From positions 34,214,524 through 34,273,403 of the forward strand of contig NC_068990.1 in NCBI RefSeq assembly GCF_001194135.2: a DNA stretch of 58,880 nucleotides, given 5' to 3'. A program made the position numbers and the translations under genes. Shown one piece after another: positions 25,359-37,474 of this stretch. The stretch is from Octopus bimaculoides. Its lineage: Eukaryota. Below the pieces are notes generated by a model, which saw only the letters and a list, made by a program, of their open reading frames with translations, made no database searches and was not told the DNA's origin. Every line of letters begins with the position of its first letter. Positions within the stretch are counted from its first letter, which is position 1.

Positions 25359-26194
25359 CTTTCCAATATCGATGATAGGAGAGTGGCGGCTGCCGGTCGG
25401 CCAGTGTAAGGGCGGAGGGAGAGTGATGGGTACAACTTGATAATGATGCACGTTCTCATTGGCTCACACTGAGTTTCTTTAGAACAGTTTTCCTCCCTTC
25501 GATGCATTCTCGTGAGGTATTTATTGAGGTCATTGCTACTGTTGTCATTCATTCAATTATTGATTCCTGTCGTCTTCTTCGTCATCGTCGACCTCTTGCT
25601 GCTGCTGCTGCTACTATTACTACTACTGCTGGGGAGAACTGTACTTAGTCGCCGTTCGTTGCCTTAAAATTGCAGCCGTAGATTTACCACGGGATAAATT
25701 TTACCAAATGCAGGTTGGTTCTACATTTGTAAGGGTTGGCATTGTAAATTGTTATACGAGATTGTTGTTCAGGTGTTTTTTTTTCCTTCTTCTTCTTTGT
25801 CTTTTTTTATTCAGGTGAATGTTGATCTGCTTGAGCAGACGAGAGGCTTAAACATTGAACAAAGAATCTCTTCTTCTTCATTGCTTAACTTGCTTTTTCA
25901 GTTGGATTCAACACACATACACACCTGCATATTAAAGTAAAGCATTCTTTGCGTGGTTTCGTTTTTCCCCTAATTCTTGTTTATTAAACCTTTCACAACC
26001 ATCGCATTATTCAACTATATTCCCTGCACTCTAAAACTGTTCCTTATTGTTTATCCTCTTGGAGCTGTCTAATTAAATGTTGAATTTCTGGCTTTTGCAT
26101 TAGATATCTAAAGAGTGAACTTACAGCTAGGAAAGATTCCTCAAAATGTCTTCTTGCTCTCTCGTTTCTCTGTGTATCGGTGTTTCTCTTTTAA

Positions 26195-26560
<366 letters not shown>

Positions 26561-27079
26561 TAGTATAAGCCACGCTGAACAATACTACAGATGGCTTGAA
26601 GTCGATTATTCTCTTTAGCCAAATTTCGTTTCAATTTTGGGTTTCTGTGATGCTTTCCACTCAGTAATTCGGTTTCAATTTCTTCTTTGTTAAAGAAAAT
26701 GCTTTCTCTCTCATCTCACCGCTATTATCTCTCTTCAGTGTCTTTCTGTGTTTCGTATCTGCTCCTCTGTCTCCCTCACAAGTATATCCTAGTTGTGTTT
26801 TCAATTGATAGCATTGGTGTCTATCAAGTGATTATTTTTGTTTGTTGTAGTAACCATTCTTCATTTGCTAAATATTCTGTTCAGAAATGATGCTAAGTAA
26901 TGTTTAATTGATGACAGGTGGCTATGTTTAGCTGACTGACTGTTTTAGCCTCAGGCTTGACCAATTTCCTCTAACAGCCTTCATCACGCCACATACAGTA
27001 ACTTGATTTTCTGCTATCAATCTGCTAGCATTCAGCTACATGGTTTTACTGTAGACCACACTGCAAACAGCACTGGATA

Positions 27080-30000
27080 TTTCTTTGCTCCCACTCTCTC
27101 TCTCTCTCTCTCTCTCTCCCTCATTACATTCAATTCTTGTTTGCACTCTCGTTATATTCTCTCTCTCTCTCCCCTTCTTCCCTCCCACGTCACATCATTT
27201 CCTCTCTATCTCTTCTATAGTCTCTGAATCATTATTCTCTCATCATTCACACACCCTCTCTTATCGTTATTCTGTCGCTCTTTCTTGTGCTTTCCCATTT
27301 TCATTTTCTCTTAACTGCCATTTTCATCCTGTCTTATTTTCTAATTCTCTCTCTCTCTTTTTCTCTCTCTCTCTCTCTTAATTTTTCTCTCTCCCACCCT
27401 TATCTTCATTTCATTTGTCTCTCTAATCTTTATTCTCTCTATCTTAAATGCCATTTCAAATATTAATTATCTCCTAATTATTCTTCTTTTTGGCATATTT
27501 ATTCATTTTCTCCCTCCCACTTTCATTTTCTTTCTTTTGCATCATCAGTCTTTTTCTTTATTCTTTTTTCTCTCTCTCTCCCATCATTATTCTTTGTCTT
27601 TACTATTTTCTCATCCTCTCACCAATCTCTCATTTTTACGATATTCCTTTGCTTTTAGTATCACTTTCACTTCATTCTGTCACTTTCATCTCTACTTTCG
27701 TTTTCTCCCTTTCATCCTCACATTTTCAATCTTCACTCTTATCTCCACTTTCACTTTCGTTTCCACTCTGCTCAAATTTTCTTTCTGTCTATCTTCTTCA
27801 TTCTCCACTACATCCATTCTCTCTCTCATTTTTAATATCTCCATTTTTGTATGTAATATTCTTTAAATGTTTCCATTCTCTTCTTGAATTCCTGCATTCT
27901 CTCTCACATTCTCTCTCTCTCTCTTTCTCTTTCTTCATTCTCTCCTATCCTCATTCACCCATTCTCATTCCATTCTCTCTCTACCTTCATCATCACCTCC
28001 TCTGTATTTCACTTCAATTTTCTCACTTCTCCCTCTACATTCTTCCACTCCTTTCCACCATTGCTTCTCTCATCTTTATTCACTCTTGCTTTCATTCACT
28101 CTCTCTCACCCCCCCCTCCTAAATCTCAGGCATTTACACTGTATCCCCACTTTAATTTTCCATTTCCTATCTTCCCTTCAGTCTCTCACTAAATTTTCCT
28201 AGTTTCATTCTCTCTCCCTATATGCCTTAACTTCATTCTCTCTCTCTCTCTTCTTTCCCTTTTCTATGCCATCGTTGACTCTTTAATCATCATTCTCTCT
28301 CTCTCTTCTTTCCCTTTTCTATGCCATCTTTGACTCTTTAATCATCATTCTCTCTCTCTCTTCACCTCATCCTCATTCACTCTCCCTCACATCTTCATAC
28401 TTCCACTCTTTCTCTCATTCATTACTCCTCTCCTTTCTGTTCTGCATTTAATGTTTCCCCACTCTTGCATTTTTCTTTTTGTCTTTTAATTTTCTGTCTC
28501 CTAGCTCTCATTCAACATTTCCTATGTCCCTCCCATTTTCTCTCCCTCCCATTTTCAACGATGTGGTTTCTCATCGTTATTCTCACACTAACTCATTTTC
28601 TCCCTTTTTTTGCTGTTCGATTCACATTCTCTCTCCCCTCCCGTTCTTCATTCTTTTTGCTGCTTTTTTCTCTCCCCATTTTCATGCTTTTCCATCTCTG
28701 TATTCAGTCTCTCCCCACCTGATCATCTCCAGCTTTCCCTGTTATTCTCTCTCTCACTCTCTCTCTCTCTCTCTCCAATCTTTGTTCTCCCTCTTCCCTG
28801 TATTCTTTCATTCTCTCTATTTTCTTTCTTCTTTCATTCTCTCTATTTTCCATCTGCTTTCATTCTCTCTCTTTCCTATCTTCATTCTCTCTCTTTCCTA
28901 TCTTCATTCTCTCTCTTCCTTGTCTTCAGTCATTCTCTCTCTTTCCTGTCTTCATTCATTCTCTCTCTTTCCTGTCTTCATTCATTCTCTCTCTTTCCTG
29001 TCTTCATTCATTCTCTCTCTTTCCTGTCTTCATTCATTCTCTCTCTTTCCTGTCTTCATTCATTCTCTCTCTTTCCTGTCTTCATTCATTCTCTCTCTTT
29101 CCTGTCTTCATTCATTCTCTCTCTTTCCTGTCTTCATTCATTCTCTCTCTTTCCTATCTTCATTCTCTCTCTTCCTTGTCTTCATTTATTCTCTCTTTCC
29201 CGTGTCTTCATTTATTCTCTCTTTCCTGTCTTCCTTCATTCTCCCTCTTCCCTGGTCTTCATTCATTCTCCCTCTTCCCTGGTTTTCATTCATTCTCTCT
29301 TTCCCCTGTCTTCATTCATTCTATCTTTCCTGTCTTCATTCATTCTCTCTCTTCCCTGTCTTCATTCTCTCTCTTCCCTGTCTTCATTCATCCTTCCTCT
29401 TCCCTGGTCTTCATTCATTCTTCCTCTTCCCTGGTCTTCATTCATTCTTCCTCTTCCCTGGTCTTCATTCATTCTTCCTCTTCCCTGGTCTTCATTCATT
29501 CTTCCTCTTCCCTGGTTTTCATTCATTCTCTCTATTTCCTGTCTTCATTCATTCTCTCTATTTCCTGTCTTCATTCATTCTCTCTGTTTCCTGTCTTCAT
29601 TCGTTCTCTCTCTTTCCTCTGTCTTCATTCGTTCTCTCTCTTTTNNNNNNNNNNNNCCTGTCTTCATTCATCCTTCCTCTTCCCTGGTCTTCATTCATTC
29701 TTCCTCTTCCCTGGTCTTCATTCATTCTTCCTCTTCCCTGGTCTTCATTCATTCTTCCTCTTCCCTGGTTTTCATTCATTCTCTCTATTTCCTGTCTTCA
29801 TTCATTCTCTCTATTTCCTGTCTTCATTCATTCTCTCTGTTTCCTGTCTTCATTCGTTCTCTCTCTTTCCTCTGTCTTCATTCGTTCTCTCTCTTTTCTC
29901 TGTCTTCATTCGTTCTCTCTCTTTCCTCTGTCTTCATTCGTTCTCTCTCTTTCCTCTGTCTTCATTCATTCTCTCTCTTTCCTCTGTCTTCATTCATTCT

Positions 30001-31620
30001 CTCTCTTTCCTGTCTTCATTCATTCTCTCTCTTTCCTGTCTTCATTCATTCTCTCTCTTTCCTGTCTTCATTCATTTTCTCTCCTTCCTGTCTTCCTTCA
30101 TTCTCTCTTTCCAGTCTTCATTCATTCTCTCTATTTTCTGTCGTCTTTCATTCTCTCTCTTCCCTGTCTTCATTCATTCTCTCTCTTCCCTGTCTTCATT
30201 CATTCTCTCTCTTCCCTGTCTTCATTCATTCTCCCTCTTCCCTGTCTTCATTCATTCTCCCTCTTCCCTGTCTTCATTCATTCTCCCTCTTTCTCATCTT
30301 CATTCATTCATTCTCCCTCTTCTCTTTCTTCATTCATTCATTCTTTCCCTATCTTCTATCTTCCCCTTGTCTTCTCCCCTATTTTCATGCTCTCTTTCTC
30401 CCGTCTTCCTTCTCTTTTTCTCCCTTCTTCATTCCCTCTCTTTCTCTCCTGCGTTCATGCTCTCTCTCTCTTTCTCCCCTGTCTCCATCCTCTCTCTCTT
30501 TCTTGTCTTCATGCTCTCTCCTCCTCTCTCTCTCTCTTTCTCTCCTGCCTTCATGCTCTCTCTCCCTCTTCCCTATCCTCATTCATTCATTTTTTCTCTG
30601 CCCTATTCTCATTCATTCATTCATTCTCTTTCTCCCCTATCCTCATTCATTCATTCTTTCTCTGCCCTATTCTCATTCATTCATTCTATTTTTCCCCTAT
30701 CCTCATTCATTCTTTCTCTGCCCTATTCTCATTCATTCATTCATTCTCTTCCCCCATATCCTCATTCATTCATTCTCTCTCCCCTGTCTTCATTCATTCT
30801 CTCTCCCCTGTCTTCATTCATTCTCTCTCTCCCCTGTCTTCATTCATTCTCTCTCTCCCCTGTCTTCATTCATTCTCTCTTTCCCCTGTCTTCATTCATT
30901 CTTTCTTTCCCCTGTCTTCATTCATTCTCTCTTTCCTATCTTCATTCTCTCTCTTCCCTATCTTCATTCATTCTCTCTTTCCTATATTCATTCTCTCTCT
31001 TCCCAGTCTTCATTCATTCTCTCTCTTCCCAGTCTTCATTCATTCTCTCTCTCCCCTGTCTTCATTCATCCTCTCTCTCTCCCTCCCTCTCATTCTTTTC
31101 CTGGTTACTTTTCACTCCATTCTCTCATGATCTCTTCATTTCTTATTTTTTTCCTTTCTTTTCTCTCTGCCTTATTCTTCACTCTCCCATCCTCAGGATA
31201 TCTTTTCTCTTTCTTGTCATTTTGTTTTCTTTTTTTCTCTTCTTTCTCTGTTTACTCATCCTTCTGTTATATTTATCTTCCATTTTCACTGCTTTTCTCT
31301 TTTCAGATTTCTTCCCCTCACTAGTTACAATTCCGTATCTTATTTCCAGTCTCTCTTTCTCTCTCTCTCTCTCTGCCTCTCTTGTATTCATCCTTTCACT
31401 CTGTTCTTCATTCTATCTTACTTTCTCTATGCCTTACTCTTAATGGCAGATTTCTGAGTATTTCACCGATTTCTCATTTGCAACTTCTTTGTCCCAGTTA
31501 TTTTCCACTCCTTGTTGTTGCCTATTTCACCAAAGGTGATTCTGTTTCTCATTCTGATCGTTTCCCTCACCATACACCATTTTCTCTCTCTCTCTCTCTC
31601 TCTTTGCTATACGTAGATAT
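27080..31620 (+). repeat. ~4.5 kb pyrimidine-rich low-complexity tract on the sense strand
   Basis: Almost no G and little A on the + strand; includes a ~57-bp tandem duplication at ~28230-28360. Confidence 0.95.
28850..31080 (+). repeat. 26-bp minisatellite, consensus CCTGTCTTCATTCATTCTCTCTCTTT, with variant sub-arrays
   Basis: CCTGTCTTCA recurs at 28945, 28971 and 28997 (period 26). Variant blocks include ...TTCCTCTTCCCTGG... and ...CCCTATCCTCATT...; 12-N gap at 29645-29656. Confidence 0.95.
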
Positions 31621-32394
31621 TTATATATCATTTTTGTTTCTATGTTTACTTTTTCCCTTCTTGAGCAGGGTTAACAAAAAGTAATTCAGGCAGTGCATTA
31701 TGCCTGAACGCTCTTTCTGTTGCCAACACTTGTTTTCTATGAGAGAGCTTAGTATTCCATTAGTCTTTGCAGAATGTGAGACATTTTGATGAGAAGATTT
31801 AAAAACACTATGATGGCTTCTGCTTGTGTAGTGAACGAAAGGCATACTCAGAAAAGCACTAATATATGTATTATCAAAATTATTCAAGCATTCATTCGTT
31901 TTTTTTTTTTTCTGTTTCTGAATTTGAAGACTCCAAAAACAAAAAACAAAAAAAACAAAATTTGTGCCAATAAAACGATTTAATTCTAAAATACAGACTT
32001 CTTTTTTACAAAAGTAACATATATATACAAATAACTCACATACTCACACACTTATTCCAAAGCACTTTCTATACATACTTTTTGAGAATATCTCAAGGCA
32101 CACTCACAAAGCTATAAAGAATAGCATTTAAATATTGGGTTGAAAAATTCTATTTAGATGGAAAACGTTGAAGGTTGCTCATGGGACTTTGACTTTTTCC
32201 TCTATCCGAAAGGGGTTTTCAACATAGTATTTGTATAACTTTATGTGGGTGTTTGAAAATATTCCCCCAAAAAATTAGTTCACTTTCTCTCGAAAGGTTT
32301 TTATAAAATTCTTACGTCAACAATATATATGTCCATTTATATATCAGTATATATGGATAGATATGTATATGCGTGTGTGTGAGTATGTATGTAT

Positions 32395-32441
<47 letters not shown>

Positions 32442-34124
32442 TATATGTGCATGTGTATTTATGTGTATATATGTAAATTTGTATGCATGTAGTTATGTAT
32501 ATGTATGTGTGAGTATATATGGATATATCTATCAGTGAACATGCATATACATACACACATCTTCATAAATTTATATATACATATTTATCCAAAAGAAATA
32601 TGCATATATATGTATATAAAATATGTGTGTGTGTGTATATACATATATATATATATATATGTGTGTGTGTGTACGTCTGCATTTATATATAGATGTATAC
32701 AAATAAAATGTATTAACAGTATCATTTTGGAGACTGCAACTTGTGTTTCATCTTCCCTGAATGATATATAGTTGTGCTTAGTCCAAACTTTCCTCACTTT
32801 CACTTCCTATCTTCAGGTTATTCTGAGCTTGAAACATGTACGCTGCTAGCATAAGATTTTGTGAGAAAGAACGTTAACAGTAACAAAAAATACTTTGTTA
32901 CTGAACAGAGTTTTTTGACTGAATGAATTTTTTGTTTGGAAAGAGCATTAAGTTGGTTTCATGTAGAGATAGAGAGGTAACAGCTTCAACTAAGCAAGAC
33001 TATATATATTTCTCCATGCTTAGATCTGATGATGTCTCCAAGATCATGAGATACTATATATAAGATAATATAACTGCTAAGGAAACTATTTTAATATACT
33101 GATCCTATCAACAAGCAAACAAGCTAGACACATATATATTTATGCATATACAAGTATGCATATATGTGTATATAGTTAGCTATATTTGTATATATGCATA
33201 CACATATATATGTACATGAAGAAATGTATAGGTATACATATATGTACATGTGTATATGTCTGTATGTATAAGTGTGTGTGTGTATGTATAAGTGTGTGTG
33301 TATGTATACACACACGCATACATAAAAGTATCACTGCAACTGTCTGATAAATGGTCATGTGAAACACTGGGTAACAGCTTGTGAAGATTTTTTTTTCCAG
33401 CTTTAATGACTAGTAGACGTGTGTGTGTGTTCAGATATTTATGTCTTTTCTCATTCTGACAAAGATTAGGTAAGTAGATTATTGAGACATTGTTTTACAT
33501 CTAGATATCTGTCAGTAACCCTTACCTACTTTTGAAGTAAAGAATCACTTATTCTACATCTTGAAAGGTGCAGATGATTTTCTGACGGAGTAAAATTAAA
33601 ACAATGTAACCATATATAACTTAGGCAATTTTTGAATAAGCACAAAGAAACATAAGAAGAAACATGAATGCAATAGGGTGCATACAAACTAACTTGCATT
33701 TATGTGTGTGTGTTATAAGGAAGAGTGGGAGAGATGTATGCAGTGTGTAATGTAATATATATATATATATATATATATGCGCACACACACACAGACTTAG
33801 AGCAGGCTTTATTCAGTTTCTTTTGACTAATCTATGGTTAGCTTGTAGCTATATTAGAAAGCCCTTGTCCATGATGGAGATGTGTGACACTGAATCATAT
33901 GGTTGTGCAGCAAGTGTCTTAACCATACAGACATGCCTGCACCTAATGCGTGTGTGTGTGCATCTGCATGTTTGTATGTATATATATATGTGTGTCTGTA
34001 TATACATATATATATATGTGTGTGTGTGTGTACTCATGTGTATACATACACACATGTACAATAAATTTATACATGTGTATGTATATTTATATATGTGTAT
34101 GCGTATATATGTTTATGTGCGTAC

Positions 34125-34600
34125 ATTATACATCAGTTGGCCCTTCCTCTGTATATAGGACTTGTAACGAATGTCCTTGTGTACCACAGTTCTCTGATAG
34201 TCTGTTCCAGCTGAAGTTCTTTGATAATGGCCCGCATTGATTCTTCTGAGATCATCATCGATAATTTTCAAACCTGTTGAGTGAATTTCAGTACCCTTAT
34301 AGTTTCCCATCATTTAGGATTCTTTTTTTATTTTACATTTTTTTTTTTCTTTTTTTATACAATTGAAATATCCTCACCAGACGCTTCAGGTTCATTTCTG
34401 AACTTTGTGCTATCAAAGATCTTGCAACATTTACAAAAGTTGGCAATTTCAAAATTGCTGTGTTCCGCACTCATGGCAACAGAAGCTGCCTGTCTTTTCA
34501 ATTCTTGTATTAGTATTTTATCAACTGTGGAGTCTGAAAGAAATAAAAATCTTTTAATTGGTTTGAAGAGAGTAATACACTGGTAATTTAGTGTCTTCAA
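34125..34600 (-). mobile_element. Decayed Tc1/mariner (maT/Bmmar1-like) transposase N-terminus
   Basis: QELKRQAASVAMSAEHSNFEIANF... and KIIDDDLRR...VVHKDIRYKSYIQRKGQLM resemble DD37D-type HTH regions; the subfamily is recalled from memory. Confidence 0.7.
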
Positions 34601-34668
34601 ATACCCTTTGTGTTCTTTATGTATGTATCTATGAAATATTTATAGGAATGTATTTGTATATCTAGTTA

Positions 34669-34701
<33 letters not shown>

Positions 34702-36017
34702 GTGTGTATATATATATTTACATATATATAAGTAATGTCTTTTATACATATTGATATATCTGTATGTATATCTGAGTGTGTATGTTTCCTGTCTGTATAT
34801 GCATATATGCTTTTCTTCCGCTGTATATTTATCATCATCACTGTGCTTTCATTACTGATGTGTACGATGTGTCATTATGCTCCGAATCAGTTCACATATC
34901 ATCTGACTACTTCACTATTTGGATTAGCACTTACCATCTATGTCATGCATTTCGATTTTGGCTCAGTTTATCACCAACTTTTTTACAGATTGTATTTCGT
35001 GCATTTTATTCTCGCTTCGGCCTTTAGTAACAATGTTTTTGCCTTTGACAAACTAAAGAATCCTCTGCATGCTATGCTGTCGTCCATTGTTTGTCAACCA
35101 CTTAATGGGCAGTTTTCGTTTAGCTTTTCATGACACCCACAATATCGAAGATGCCTTGTGTCACTAATGGCTTGGGAGTCCACACTACTTTACGTAGTGT
35201 GCATTACAACATAGTAACCTGTTCAGAAGTTTGTATGAACTATAATAGTGGCAGAAGAATGAAATATGATGGGTTAAATTTGCAAGAATATGGGTGGTTA
35301 AAGAGTGCACCCAGTTGTTATATTGGTGAACATAGGTTGATGGTAAAGAGGTGTGGAAGTGATCAGTGATAAGCAGAAGTGGAGTTGGTGATGGTAGGAG
35401 TGGGTGATGGATGTGAATAGAAAGTGGCTCAAGGAAGAGGGAGTGATGGCTGGCAGTACAGAGCAGGGTGCACCGTTAAGTGTTTTGCCTACATTAATTA
35501 TACAGCCAAAAGTGAAAAAAAAAAAAGCAAGAAGGGAGTGTTGCTGCAGAGAAGATAGATGTTGAGTAGGAAAATGATGAAGAGATGAATGATTTGGGAT
35601 GAAAGTGTATTGCAGAGGTGGGGCTTGGCCAGTGCAGTCAACTGATATATCTAGTAAAGGACTGAAATACGTGCATCTGCCATCCCATCTCCATCTCCTT
35701 CATTTTCAATATCCATTACACCGTGCATTCAGGATGGTCACATCTACCGCATTGCATATTACTAGTCTTGTCTCGGCCTCCACATAGCTCAGCTTCATGT
35801 GATCAATCATCACTTCATTTTTGGGTTCACCTAGCTTTCTCTCTTCCACAGCTTCTTTCAGATATGGACCCTTTGCAATTCTTGGTCCAGCTGTCATCTT
35901 CCATATCCATCACTTATCTTTACAAGTAATCTTCTCTATTACCCTCAGTTCATTTGTACTTCATCACACGACACGTGTGTATATAAAATACATCTTAGTA
36001 TATTTATGTGTTTGTGA

Positions 36018-36048
<31 letters not shown>

Positions 36049-36057
36049 CACAATATA

Positions 36058-36430
36058 TTTATCTTTTACTTGTTTATCATTTGACTGCAGTCATGCTGGA
36101 GCATCACCTCAAAGGGTTTCAATTGAACAAATTGACTCCATCAGTTTCTTTCGCCAATTAAATTACAGGTACATGTACAAACCTTTACCTATTGTCAAAT
36201 ATTGGCAGGGATATAAACACAGTCACACACAGCTACATATCTATCTATCATATATATAATGTATGTATAATGATGGGCTTCTACACAGTTTCCATCTACC
36301 AAATTCTCTCATAAAGTATTGACTAACCCAGGGCTATAGTTGAAGATACTCAAGGTGCCACACAATGGGACTGAACCCGAAACTGTGTTGCAAGGCAAAC
36401 TTCTTAACCACACGGCTGTGCCTGCACCTT
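36058..36430 (-). mobile_element. Near full-length SINE family A, reverse orientation
   Basis: tcttttacttgttt...catgctggagcatcacc...caatgggactgaaccc...cttaaccacacggctgtgcctgcacct. Confidence 0.9.
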
Positions 36431-36460
36431 TATACTAGACATGTACCTACATACACAGGT

Positions 36461-36491
<31 letters not shown>

Positions 36492-36527
36492 CATTCTCAA
36501 AATGTAACCACATGTGAATCGTTGGCG

Positions 36528-36569
<42 letters not shown>

Positions 36570-36602
36570 TCTCCTCCGTCTTCCTTTTCTATGGCACTTT
36601 CC

Positions 36603-36639
36603 TGTTTCTGAAGAAGATCTTTGCTCGAAATGTTAAGCC
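36603..36639 (+). ncRNA. Degenerate minimal type I hammerhead ribozyme motif within a Penelope-like-type repeat (~36500-36740)
   Basis: gttt-CTGAAGA-A-GATC(TTT)GCTC-GAAA-TGTT-aagc: CUGANGA and GAAA core boxes intact, stem II with one mismatch, 4-bp stem I. Confidence 0.55.
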
Positions 36640-36859
36640 ATCTGTCTTTCCTTCCCTGAGCGTCTGCTAATACTTTACATGTACCATGTCCTCATGCTCT
36701 TTTTTTGTGTACACGTCTTTACCTATGCTATTGATGTGCAGTAAAAAAGCTGGAAGGAATCTGACAGGCCACTTAATGGGTTGTTGACTGTTCCCAGAGA
36801 AGACAGGCTCAAGTTCAATAATTATAGATCAGCTCCTATATCAAGCTATCATAATTTAA

Positions 36860-37079
36860 CCCTTTCATTACTGTATTTATTTTTTGATGCTCTGTGTTTC
36901 TTTCAATTACTTTAAATATAACAAAGAATTTAGTAAAATAACTTAGTTCTCATTAAGCTAGTGTTAGGAACATAAATTGTGACTAAGGTTTGGGGGAAGA
37001 TTTTAATTCAAAACTTATGAAAACAAGACATTTGTACTCAGAGCCAGAGCCAGTTTCAGCCAGGTTGGTAACGAAAGGG
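36860..37079. mobile_element. piggyBac-type MITE, 220 bp, intact ends
   Basis: TTAA|CCCTTTCATTAC ... GTAACGAAAGGG|TTAA: 11/12 TIR match and TTAA target-site duplication on both sides (36856-36859, 37080-37083). Confidence 0.9.
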
Positions 37080-37426
37080 TTAAGCTGGTACCATGGTGGA
37101 TATTTATTTGCCTAGTTTTTATTTAGGTGGCTTGTTATTAAATAAAATGTATCTAATGTACCACACATTACAAATCAGACAAATGTGTGTGTGTATACAC
37201 ACACATACACTCATACACTTTCTTTCAGAGTATATATTATTGTATATAGCTAGCTATTGTATGTGTGTGTGTGTAAGCATCTGGATATAGAAAATCTGCC
37301 TTAACAAGTTCTGACTTATGCAAGCATAAAAATGTAGATGTTAAAACTGATGATTTCAAGCTGTCTCTGTTTCTCTCTCTCTCTCACACACATTATAACA
37401 TGCTATATGTCTACTTTCTCTATCCT

Positions 37427-37474
<48 letters not shown>

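Noticed and set aside
25080-25552. Minus-strand ORFs of 123 and 97 aa with poly-T/S/L runs
   Set aside because: Products of trinucleotide repeats; no recognisable domain or splice support.
28479-31443. Three overlapping long ORFs (883, 904 and 755 aa) rich in S/F/L/I/H
   Set aside because: Artefact of a pyrimidine-rich strand that cannot form stop codons. All three frames are open, and the 26-bp period is not a multiple of 3.
32790-32860. Good-looking acceptor (cttcAG at 32816) opening GYSELETCTLLA*
   Set aside because: No convincing downstream donor and not ELAV RRM1 sequence.
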